Origin: Phoronis australis
Taxonomy: Eukaryota > Animalia > Phoronida
Assembly: GCA_002633005.1 (NCBI GenBank)
Contig: NMRA01000353.1
Coordinates: forward strand, 381,625 to 445,624
Length of the DNA: 64,000 nt
Direction of reading: 5' to 3'
The notes beneath the pieces were generated by a model. That model was not told the DNA's origin. It did not search any database and saw only the letters and a list, made by a program, of their open reading frames with translations. A program made the translations under genes and the position numbers. The stretch's first letter is position 1. Every line of letters begins with the position of its first letter. Positions 38,020 to 64,000 of this stretch are shown here, piece after piece.

Positions 38020-41000
38020 TTAAGTCAAAGCAAAGTCCTGTAGATGTGCTGGAAGGCGACGGGGCCTCGTAGAGCGTCAAGGAGGGGCATCACTAACTGC
38101 AGGTACATCAACTGCCTCGGAAGGGGCATCAAGTGGACCGGGGTTGATAGTCAGGTCTTCGGACGGTGTATGATCGACCGGGGCCAACTCAGAGGGAACT
38201 GAAGGAGCGGGAGGCTCACTTGGAGGGTGTGAGATGGGCGTCGGCTCTGAGGATAGTGGCGTAACATGATAATCATCATCAGCTATTTCAAAGCTGGAAT
38301 CGGAAGCCGCGGAGATGGTGAGGGGGATCATCTCGTGGGGAACTTTGTAGCACTCCGTATTTTTGACACGATAGGATGTTGAGCGAAGTTGGTTGCCAAC
38401 AAATTTTTTAATGTTGAGCCAAGAACCGTCGCGACTAACCACAAGATAGCAAGGACGGGAGCGAGTCTTATCGCGATCAACATAGAGATAAACTGAATCC
38501 CCAGCTGTAGCGTTGCTCGTAAGAGGGAGTCTAGCCACAGGAGCCTTAGATCTCGAGCTGGGTTCATGGTTCCTTTCACGTTTGAGTCGTTGTGCCTCGA
38601 CCAGGCTGAGGTCGGTGACGGGTATTTGGTCGCAGGTAAATTGGTCACGTTGGAATAGCATCTCTAGGGCAGATAAGCCTCTGGAACGTAGCCGACTGTT
38701 CAGTCGGGCAACTGCAAGTGAAAGCTGCAAAGAAGTTACCTTGACATGGACCAAGTGCTCACGTAGTAACTCATCGGAAAGCTCTTCAATTGCCTTTTCA
38801 GCGACTGGGTTGTGATTGGGGGTTTTTAACACGGCCAAGTTCAATAGTAATCCCGTGTCGTTTAAGGAGATCACCGTCCTTCAAAGCACTGAAGCCAGGA
38901 GCCTGATCCGTACGGATAACTACTGGAGGACCATCCAAACGGCAAAATTCTATGCACATTTGAAGAAGACAATCTCGCAAGTCGTTACGGCGTTCACTCT
39001 CGACAAAGCGTGCGACGGTGTAGGACATACATTCCCACAGTATGAGGATCAATTGGCGTTCGCGTTTCATGACATCTGCAGCGAAAGACAGACCGACGGT
39101 CGGGGGAGGGTCAGACGAGTGTTGAGTGATCAACGTTTTGGGGAATGTCTGAAGGGAGCAACACTGGTGGCAAGATTTGGAATATCTGTCAATGGCGGAG
39201 TCCAAGTCGAGGGCGTAGAAGTAACGTTGGGCAACTAGCCTCAGCTGATTGGATGAGGGATGATCCAAGCGGAGGTGAAGAGCCATGAGTAGACCGTCTA
39301 AAACAGAACGTGGAACAACTATGCATTCGCGAATCTGAGCGAGGGGTGCATTTCTACGGACAACTAGTAAACCATCACTAGCGACCTTGACAATATTTAG
39401 GTAACGCTTCACATCTCGAACATCAGTCAGCTTCCTACTGGGGCGCGTACCTTGCGCGAGATGAGCATGAGTACGGCGAAGGTCTGAGCATGCAGTTTGG
39501 ATACTATGCCAAGCAGAACGGGTAGTGAACAGAAGCCTCGACACACCCGATAAGATGTTGTCTGTGGATGAACGAAAGACCACACAATCTTCGGTAGAAG
39601 CCACGAAGGAACACACCTGGCACGCCATGTATGAAAACTCAATACTATGTCGGCTTGCAAAGACTGATATGATGTTTGCGGCCCCTGAAACATGCCGAAC
39701 AGTAGCTTGGAACCGAGCTACAGCTGACAAAAATGTAGACACTCGAGGACTCAAAGAAAATTCACCTCTACATAACCGATCAAAGGCCTGTACACATGGC
39801 TTACTGTCAGTGAGGACCGTAGCACGATGCCTGGACTGGATGAGGTATGGGCTGAAGTGCTTCAAACCTACGGCAATTGCCAAAGCTTCAACCTCACACG
39901 GGAGCCAAAGTACTTGGCGGGACTTAAGCTTGGCGCTGAAGAAGGAGGCAATCTTGGGTTTTCCGTCCCTCGTAACATATAAGGTGGTTGCTATCCCTAG
40001 GTGCCTAGCAGAGACATCTGTCACGATCCATAGGTTGTCCTCAGGTCGGGGGAGTGTGATGAGCTTGTTAGACGAGAGTGCCTTCTGGGCAGCAGAAAAT
40101 ACACTGACTAGCTCATCGGACCATGTCAATGGATCCTTGGAATCGCGGCCTCAAATAGCATCATCCAGTGGAGACATATAGGCGGAGCAATGAGGGATAA
40201 CCCTACACAAAACCTTGAAGGCACTAATAAATGAACGCATCTGACGCACGGCTGTAGGCTTGTTGCACGAAGCAAGTGCAGATTTACGATGACTGCTAGC
40301 CTGAAGGGTGCCACCTTCCCATATCCAACCCAGGATAGTTGTGCGTCTGGGGGAAATGACCGTTTTGGTAGGTGACAAATGTATACCAGACTTAGCAAGG
40401 GCAGAAACTACCAGTTCCCAATTGGTAAGTAGCTCAGAAGCGGTCTGGCCACCAAAGTACAAGTCGTCTGCCAGCTTGGTTACGATGCCTTGTTCGAAAA
40501 GGTTACCAAGAACACGGCAGGTAAGCTCTTCTAATGCTGTTTCTGAAACCGGCATCCCCATAGCACATCTGGCATAGACAAGAATGCCATGGAAGGGGGT
40601 TACCACGCCGCAGTACTTCATGGACTCACGAAACAGGGGAATTTGATAAAAAGCACTTGTGAGGTCCGTCTTGACTATAAATCACCACTGGGCAATTTTG
40701 CGTAGGACCGAATCTACATCGGGCATGAGTGACGTTGGGGTTTGGCATATCTTCCAACGTCCGCAAAGGCTGTCACGAGTCGAATCCACAGCTAAGCTTT
40801 TTGACCAGGAAGGATGGATTGAGATACTCAACTTGAACTTTCACATCTTCGGAACGAACAAAGACACCGAGAGCCTCAAGTTCGTGAAACTTCTGTTGGA
40901 GGGCATGGAGCTTTGTCGGTGAGTACCTGATGACCTTTGCGTTGGGGCGGCTGTGTAGGACCCATGTTAATAGAGGCTTCAAATGGACCGGCGGATCCAT

Positions 41001-42799
41001 TGTAACCAGTAAAGTTGGGGGTGAAGATAGTAGCAAAGGAATCGTGGAGGCGTTCGAAAGTCTTCCGCGTGACATCCGGTAAAACTCCATCGGGATCGAC
41101 TGAAGCAAAGCGAAAATGCTGGACATGCTGCGCGGATGGTGAATAGGTTTGGGAGGGTGCTACCGTTGAACTTGTAGGTATAGGTGGGACGACGTGGTGA
41201 ACCTGACAAAAGTGTTCGTCCTTGCGTAAGAACCGGGGTTCATTTGTGTCATTTAGTAGGTGTAACTTGTCTTGGTCAACAGTAATGATCTGTGGTTTGA
41301 GCCACAAGTCACTAGGGTCGCAACATCGGGCACTTGGGGAATCTGTTCGAGGTTCAATTGCTATCTCCTGGCTATGTCCACGTAAATCAGCAGGGACGTC
41401 AATGTCGAGGCTGTCGCCTGGCCATACCACATTGGCTGAAGGAGGTGAACGCAGAACGTGCGTTCTACGGACAAGTGTCTGTCTTGACAAAGACTTACAG
41501 TGATCATTGCGATAGACATCAATTTCTCCTACACCAACCTCTTTCTTAGCTGGGTGAACTGAGATGTTGTTTCTCACTATAAATGGGATAGCAGCAAGGA
41601 CGTTTACATCAAGTGTCTTAATGACCAGGCCCTCGAAAACCAATTTGTGGTTGTCAAGCTTGAAAGTGACCTTGGTTTCACCAACAACATCGAGTGGGGA
41701 GACACCATCAGCTTGGAAAGCATAATGTGTGTTGGCGACGATAGGTGTACCGAGTGATCGGGCACAAGATTCGCGAATCATATTTCCTGTTGCACCACAA
41801 TCGAGAGTAAGCCGTACTGGTTGATCGTGGCACAGAACGTCGATGACAGGTGACTGGATAATGTGCACTCGGTTAGCGATGGGCTCCTCGGGTTCACCAA
41901 TCTCGTCGGGACACTCTGAGAGATGGGGATCATCAACCTCTCGGAGAAGTGGGCCTTCATGAAATAGCGTTTGTCTTCTGCGGGTAGGTAGGGACACTGA
42001 GACAAGTAGTGATCAAACTGGGAGCGAGGAGCCTGTTTACACAGTGGGCAGGACTTTGCTGGGCTTCGGCGAGTGACCGAGGTCGCCTTACGAGGGAATG
42101 CCCATAACGCCTTGGCATCTTCGAGTGTTTGTAACTCGTCAAGCAATGGCTGGAATGCCTGCGAAATTTCTGGTTTGATCCATGCAAGTGACTTACTTTG
42201 GACTTCGGGACCACATCGCAGTTGGACGAGTGAATCAAGCGTAACCAAGTGAGGACTGCTAAATTCTCTAAGGTCGGAGACATTTCTTCCTCATCTGTGA
42301 TAAACACGCCATGATGTAAAATGGTGTTGTCCGGGCCGAGCAAATTGTCTTCGATAAATGACATGAGTCGCTGATATAGGTCTTCCGGGCGTTCGTCGGG
42401 TTGGAGGCGTATATCAGAAAAAACAATAAAATGTCCTCCAGATGTCTGAAAGCCGTAATGACTTCTGATAGTTTGCCACATACCGGTAAGTGAGGTGGAC
42501 TGTTTGACAATAGCACTGCGGGCAATCACAGGACAATAGTTGGCCAATTGGCCTAGCATGAGGTTTAAGTGGGTTAGTTTCTGACGGGCTGTGCGTCGCC
42601 GGGATTCAGGTACAGCATCTGTATCGTCAACTAAACCTCTCAAGGGGACTCTGGCTTTTTGCCACGTATAATCGGCTTGCAGAAAGTCCTCAAAATTCGG
42701 GCCGAGTGATAACACGTAAGTTATATTGTTCTTCCAGTTATCAAAACTGGTGATAGTTTCACTTTTAGTCAAGCACCACTGCTTCGGTGCTCTGGCCAT
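38020..42799 (-). pseudogene. Frameshifted gag-pol of the LTR retrotransposon
   Basis: gag [12 protein letters not shown] from 42799; Zn knuckle CPLC..H..C; protease LDCGATGN; RT AMGMP..ADDL; RNase H VTDVS/CEVEALA/TDSKP; integrase HLRLDH..CHQC, AADV, RTDQAPGF, AEKAIEEL; C-terminal RSTRPRRLPAHLQDF. Confidence 0.93.
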
Positions 42800-42821
42800 G
42801 GTTCGATTGCTATTGCCACCA

Positions 42822-42919
42822 CGCCAGTAATAGTAAAAGACGACTTGTATTTTTTGTAGAACAGCGACCGGAAAAACAGTAGCCAAATAATACGTACGAA
42901 TAGTACACAAATAATGGCG
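42822..42919 (-). repeat. 5' LTR (98 bp)
   Basis: Minus-strand CGCCATTATT...ATTACTGGCG, followed by TGGTGGCA (PBS-like) and the gag ATG 22 nt downstream. Confidence 0.8.
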
Positions 42920-45900
42920 AAGGTTGGTTACGGTTGGAGTCTGTTTGGTGATAAATTTCAATTATTCTTCCGAGAAATAGAGACAGGAGAGCATAGCCGT
43001 ATGTTGTAATTTTAGACTTGCGAATTTTTTTTCAGTTCTAAACACAAAACGCTCGGCAGTGCCAGGGGCTCGAAACCCAATCAAGCCCGTCGCGACATGG
43101 ATCAGCCGGGTTAGTCGGCTGCGAAAATTGAAAACTAAACTTCCAGTCACGAAAAGACTAGATTAGTGAACCCGATCGGGGGCCGCGAAGCCAGATTCCC
43201 CTTCCACGGCGTCAGAACCGCCCATCATCGCGCACTACAAACGACCGCGCGTGGCTTGAAAATTCAGTTGACACGGCAGCCTATTTAGTGAGTCACTCTC
43301 ATTTTAGATAAGTTCATTTTTGAAAAAAACACGTCATTTCTCAGTGTAAAAACCAAACCTCGACTTTGTTTTATACCTTCGACAGAATGTTAACACGTCA
43401 GGTTACATGCCTGTCGTTTTGTGGCTCATCTATTTTCCGTACAATGAAGATACTGAGCAGCAAACGCGATGAAAACCCGCAAAACCAATTGTTGACTACG
43501 TAAGCAGCACAATTAAGTCCCACATTTTTGTTGTGCAATTTGCCCTGTTTTGTTACCGCGCATCCGAATACGTCATTCGGCTAGGGCAACGTTTCATGGA
43601 TTTTTTTCGACAAGATGCTTTTCAAACGTCGAGTGAAGTTGCAAAGTTTGGGTTGCGAACAAAAAATTAGAGGAGTTTGCACTCAGAGTTATTTTGGATC
43701 TTTGACGACTTTAATAACATCATATAGCAGGTCGCGGATACTTTTTCAACGAGCAGTTTCACGCTTTTCACAATACACTTAGCTATTCAAATGCACGTGT
43801 CGGTCAGAGAGCACTGATTCAAGTTTCACCGACGTCGGCAACTAACATTGCGCTCTAGAGCCTTTCAGTGGCGGTCGTAAGAGTTAAACGCCATGTAAGA
43901 AATTTGCGAGAATTTAACGTCGCAGGTAAGAGCATAATCTAAACATTTTCTTGATGGTCTAAAAATTAACTTTGGGCTCGAAAAAATGGCGGTAAAATTT
44001 TGCGACCTGTCATTTATGAAATATGCAGCTGGATTTTGAAAATGTGATCTGGGAATTTGGCTAGGTCGCAAAGTGCTACCTGGCAATTTTCATAGCGTTG
44101 AGCCCTGTTATTATTTATTTCACTATCAAATAACGATTGCGTAATATTTGGAATCACTAAGGTTTTATATGCTCACACTTGTTAAGTGTATCAGTTGTAG
44201 TGTTTTCTTTAAAACCGCAATATATTTACAAATTGTTTCTTTTCCTGATTATACTTATACACATAGTTCTCCAGGAAGTCACTAGGTGGCGCTTGCTACG
44301 AATTTAAATATCCAAGGTTTTAATGACACAAAGCATCTTTAACATGCTAAATAAGATATTCCTCATATCCACTTAGTCCAAATCCTGTTGCTGTTAAAAC
44401 AATGCATTAATCAACTTGTCGGTGAGACACTTCGTGAACATTCAGTAAGGACTGTGAGAACAGGTTGTTCAGAGTCGCGTTCAGTTTGCGGAAGACGCGC
44501 GAGTGTTTGTGCACGGGACAGCCGATGATGTTCAAATAGTGTCGTTTAGTTCCTGCTATGCATTAGCATAGCTAGGACCATGCAATTACACTTTTAAGGT
44601 TACGTCGGAAGTCCTCGAAAAATGTTCAAATTTGCCAAATTTTGGAACATCATATCTCAGAAATGGCTGATGGGATTCATACGCCGGAAACACACCACAA
44701 ACTTTACTAAAAACACGGGGATACATGATCCAATTAATAACTTGAGACTGGTGTAAAGTACATCAAATTTTAAAAGTATTTTCTTTCAGAAAACATACTT
44801 TTACCACTTTAAAAATGAATTTGGCTAAATACACTGACAAATCGATAAGGTACTACATAAAACTCCCGTCGTCGCAGTTTTTACCCTCGCCTATACCGAA
44901 CCTGCGCACATTTTGGCCTCCCTCAGAGTCACTTACATTCTTCCGCCGGCTGATCGCGACCGTTTCTTGTACAGTAAATACATAAACGTTAGGTCAACCT
45001 CGGAGAAAATGGAGGAAGTATCAGGTCAACTGTTACGCCTGTTTGTCCACTCATTGTTCGACTTTCTTTTTCCATTAAAATACGAATACCCTTCGTCCAC
45101 CTGCTACTTTCTGACCAACATAAGGGGTACGTAAAAGGTGCCCTTCATAACCATAATACTTTATGGGATTCTGATGTGAGACAATCGTTACCCATGGACC
45201 CCAGCACACGGTCCCCGTAGCATAGTGCCTTATTGAGGTTTTGTAAGACAAGCCAACCGTCATATCATGAAACTTACAGACAATATTCTTTATCGACTCT
45301 TCTCTACAACGCTGTTAGGAATCGTTTTAAAAGATTCTACGTTTGTACACGGGACTTTTAAATATAAGACTTTTTATGATTTTATAGATATACTTGCCAA
45401 GTGTTGAGGGGCCCCCACGGAAAGCAGTATGAACTGGTGGGCCTACCCTCATTGTAAACATTACATTAATAAATAATAAATGTTGCACAAAACGAAAACG
45501 AAATGATAATTTAGAAAACTGTTACAGCGTTATTTAAATTTCTTCTTGAATAATACCATAATAATAATTTGGTCATATTCTGTTTTGCTACCAAAAAAAA
45601 CTGCAGATTGGTATAGAGGAAACAATCAAATTCTGCAGGCTTTCTACTTTCAGAAAATGTATAATTTTCCGACTTAAAATTTAGTTTTAGATAATTAAGT
45701 AAATGCAGACTTGTCGATAAGGTCCTACACGTACCCCACAGATAAAGTGACGTCGAATCAATACAGTTGTGAACTGAAACTCCAAAACAGACACTGGTTA
45801 GATGACATAAAACCGGGGCTAAAACTAGTGCAGTCGAACGTCGTTACAACGTACCCTAGATGTAATATGACACTTACACTTTCACGTACCGATTATAGCA

Positions 45901-46599
45901 AATGCATGAAATCTACCCGAAACGTAGACTTGGAAGGTCCCCTCTGGCGTACGTTGAGGAAAGATGTGAAATTTGTGACAAGTCGAATGAAATATACACT
46001 TGAAGCAATTTGTAATATTTTTGCTTAAAGATGCTATAAGCACATTTTTTGTCAAAAACCGTCTTTTGATTACAAGCAATGAAACTGGTCTCGACCGGTT
46101 CTTCACTAAGACAACCGCGTTCCTGACTTGGCAGCAACTGACAGTTTGTTATTGCATGATACTACTGGACTCGCCAAGTCTCAGATTTATAAGGGTGAGG
46201 GGGCTACTGGAAGTCCGGATCAACACTTAGATTTTGTAATAGTATAACTGCTACTTGACAGTCCCATCATCCTCATAACGTCCATTTTCTGGCTTTTGTA
46301 ATTTTCAATTGATACGCCTCGGGCGTCCACAGGGGCGAATGCAACAGAACAATTTGAGATTTTTGGTTGCACTGTCTCTACAGTGAACAAGGACTCAAAA
46401 CTTTTTATTGGAAACTGTCCCTGACAGAGGGCGCTCATGAAAATGCAACTTTATTTGGCACAAATGTAATTAAAAGTTTAACATGACTTTAGAGTTGACG
46501 CCAATTAGTGACATATCCTTATATAGATGGAGGATGCCGGGATAAACAGAGTTATCCAATAACCCATGTAGGCAAAATGAAAACACGGGACCAGCTGAC

Positions 46600-47490
46600 A
46601 ACTGTTATAAACTAGGAACAAGGTTTAGACCATAACCACAAAGAAGATACAGACTGAGGTAAACGTAAAAAACAAAAAATCCCACTAGGGTGCACACGGA
46701 AAGTCCGATCCGTTCGAAAGTCGTCGTACTCTGCTTGCAACTTCATATATATACACCAGCAAAATTCAATACAGGTCCTTCAGAGTATTTAGGAAATACA
46801 GCCATGGGGAGCAAAAACAAACAAAACTACCACTAGAAGGCGCAACAGTAGTCAAAGTCGTCGGAAAACCATTGCCAGCCACCCTCTTCATGCGCGCACC
46901 CAGGGGGGAGGGGGGAGGGGGTCTCGAAGAAGCCCCCCATTTGGCGAAGTGGGCAAAATGGTCCGCCCAGCACAGTGATGCTCACGTTTCTTTATTAGTC
47001 CGCCCGCTCTTTTGTTAGGAAAAGGTCCACAACGTCAGGAATTCGACCCCCCATATTTAAGGCTGGGTGCGTGCATGCACTTCACAGTAAGAAAATATTT
47101 GTCAATAATCAAAATCATCCCTACAGCAGTTTGTTTGATAGAAATGCGGACTCCAAAAACAGACTCGAAAACAGTAAAAATGGCCACTAGGAGGCGCAAA
47201 ACACCTTGAATCCATCCGAAAACGGGAGGATAGCGTCATCTCACTAATTTTCGCATAACTGCCTAATTTTATGAAAATCCGTTGAGGACTTACGAAGACA
47301 CAGAGGTAAGTGTAAAAAACTAAAATTGCAACTAGGAGGCACACCTGCAGTCGGAGATAAGAAATTTGTCGTCATCCGTCGTCAGCTTCATAGGAACACG
47401 TCTGCCAAATCTAATCAAGATCCTGTAAGGGGTTTAGGGCATACAGCAGCGGACGCTTGACACCGGACGCCCAGACAGATGACGGCAGTA
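46600..47490 (-). mobile_element. Degenerate HINE copy with nested MITE
   Basis: Same monomers as 2283-3680 (GGCCACTAGG, GGATAGCGTCATCTCACTAAT); ends in GCAGCGGACGC..AGATGACGGC. Confidence 0.7.
46889..47077 (-). mobile_element. hAT-like MITE (same family, inverted)
   Basis: CTCTT|CATGCGCGCACCCAG ... CTGGGTGCGTGCATG|CACTT. Confidence 0.75.
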
Positions 47491-47504
47491 TGGGGTCAAA
47501 CACT

Positions 47505-47886
47505 GAGTTGGGCCATTTTTTCGACTGGAGAGGGGTGAAGGTATTGCGCATTGAATCCAACTGGTACAAGCTTGGGGCAAGAGCATCAACACAGATCACC
47601 ATACACGACTTCAGCATCAACATGGGTGGTGTGGTGCTCCACCTTCTCAGACTCTACCAGCAATTACTGAGCCCCCTGCATTCAGCAGACGCCTCGGAAA
47701 CGTGCCACCCATGCTACCCGATTTCGGTAAACAGTGAACAAGATGGCGGGTCATTGAAAGAATCTCGACAGTATCCTTTGATTTTCGCTGAGTTTGGTTT
47801 GATCCCTACTGGCCTGTTATTACAATAGCAGGCTAGCTGTTACAGTCTAATGAGGATTGTCAAAAGCAGCGCTTTTACTGAATAAA
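47505..47886 (+). mobile_element. Penelope-like element 3' fragment (GIY-YIG C-terminus)
   Basis: GHFFDWRGVKVLRIESNWYK..SINMGG..L..LYQQLL followed by AATAAA. Confidence 0.7.
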
Positions 47887-48110
47887 ATATTTCCAAGTAA
47901 ATATGGAAATATTTTATTTTTTACTTCATTGTGTGACATTTTATGATTAATATTTTATTGTATTTATTTGAAAATAACTATCAACTTTGTCACTGTCACT
48001 CTCACGCACACACAGGACTGGACAGGAGCAAACATTTAAAAGTGGCTTCCATAATCAACTTCCATCAGGTTAACATAGGAAAGTGTATTTGTAATGATCT
48101 CTTTCTCTTT

Positions 48111-48233
48111 AAAACATTACAAGATACAAAGCTGAATACCTAATCATGCACATAAACAGTGTTTCCTCAAAACATTACAAGATACAAAGCTGAATACCTA
48201 ATCATGCACATAAACAGTGTTTCCTCAAAACAT
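48111..48233. repeat. 58-bp tandem duplication in the putative taxilin 3' UTR
   Basis: AAAACATTACAAGATACAAAGCTGAATACC... twice. Confidence 0.95.
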
Positions 48234-48409
48234 GCCACAGGACAACCTTACTTCCAATCTACATGTTCTTGCTGAAAAGTCAAGTTCTAGCACAATTTCT
48301 TATTTTTTAATTGACAGGACATTATTTCTAACCCATTTAAGCTCATACACACTACAACTACTACAAACAAGCACAGCAAGGTCGACTAGATTGAACTCAA
48401 CAGATGACA

Positions 48410-63945
<15,536 letters not shown>

Positions 63946-64000
63946 CTGAAATACAATAAAACGTGTCTTAAAATGTGTCTAAAGTGATGATCAGGAAATG

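Larger units (their letters stand above)
36115..42919 (-). mobile_element. Decayed full-length Gypsy-like LTR retrotransposon, Troyka-like (short CG..CG LTRs, 3-bp TSD)
   Basis: Direct repeats at 42822-42919 and 36115-36229, flanked by AAG (36112-36114, 42920-42922). Domain order is gag, protease, RT, RNase H, integrase, with many frameshifts. Confidence 0.9.

Noticed and set aside
38513-41549. Plus-strand ORFs over pol
   Set aside because: Antisense shadows of the retrotransposon coding frame.
43067-44106. CAGGGGCTCGAAAC..GTTGAGCCCTG as one hAT element
   Set aside because: The TIRs match poorly and there is no TSD, so the ends cannot be paired confidently.
45770-46050. Possible RTE-X-like LINE relic (ERCEICD)
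   Set aside because: Too degraded to support without an alignment.

Overview
AT-rich, repeat-dense animal genomic DNA, most likely a marine invertebrate, with three assembly gaps (21862-22219, 31072-31179, 36885-37014). Most ORFs in the six-frame track are spurious. Two spliced host genes can be assembled by hand. (1) A taxilin gene on the minus strand has 11 coding exons (48410-63945, about 543 aa), all GT-AG with consistent phases. (2) A plus-strand gene almost invisible in the ORF track has 5 exons (9786-29660). It encodes a CASD1-type SGNH/PC-esterase domain with an intact DGVH motif and stops right after that domain, so it lacks the CASD1 membrane acyltransferase half. Its 5' GDS exon was not found. 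The rest is nested transposons: a decayed Gypsy-like LTR retrotransposon with about 100-bp CG..CG LTRs and a 3-bp TSD (Troyka-like), Kolobok elements (THAP plus KolX, TTAA TSD), three Academ remnants, an IS3EU remnant, Helentron-associated (HINE-like) arrays, hAT-like MITEs with 5-, 6- and 8-bp TSDs, pogo-like MITEs, LINE and Penelope fragments, and minisatellites. All family calls come from motif recognition by eye, not database searches.
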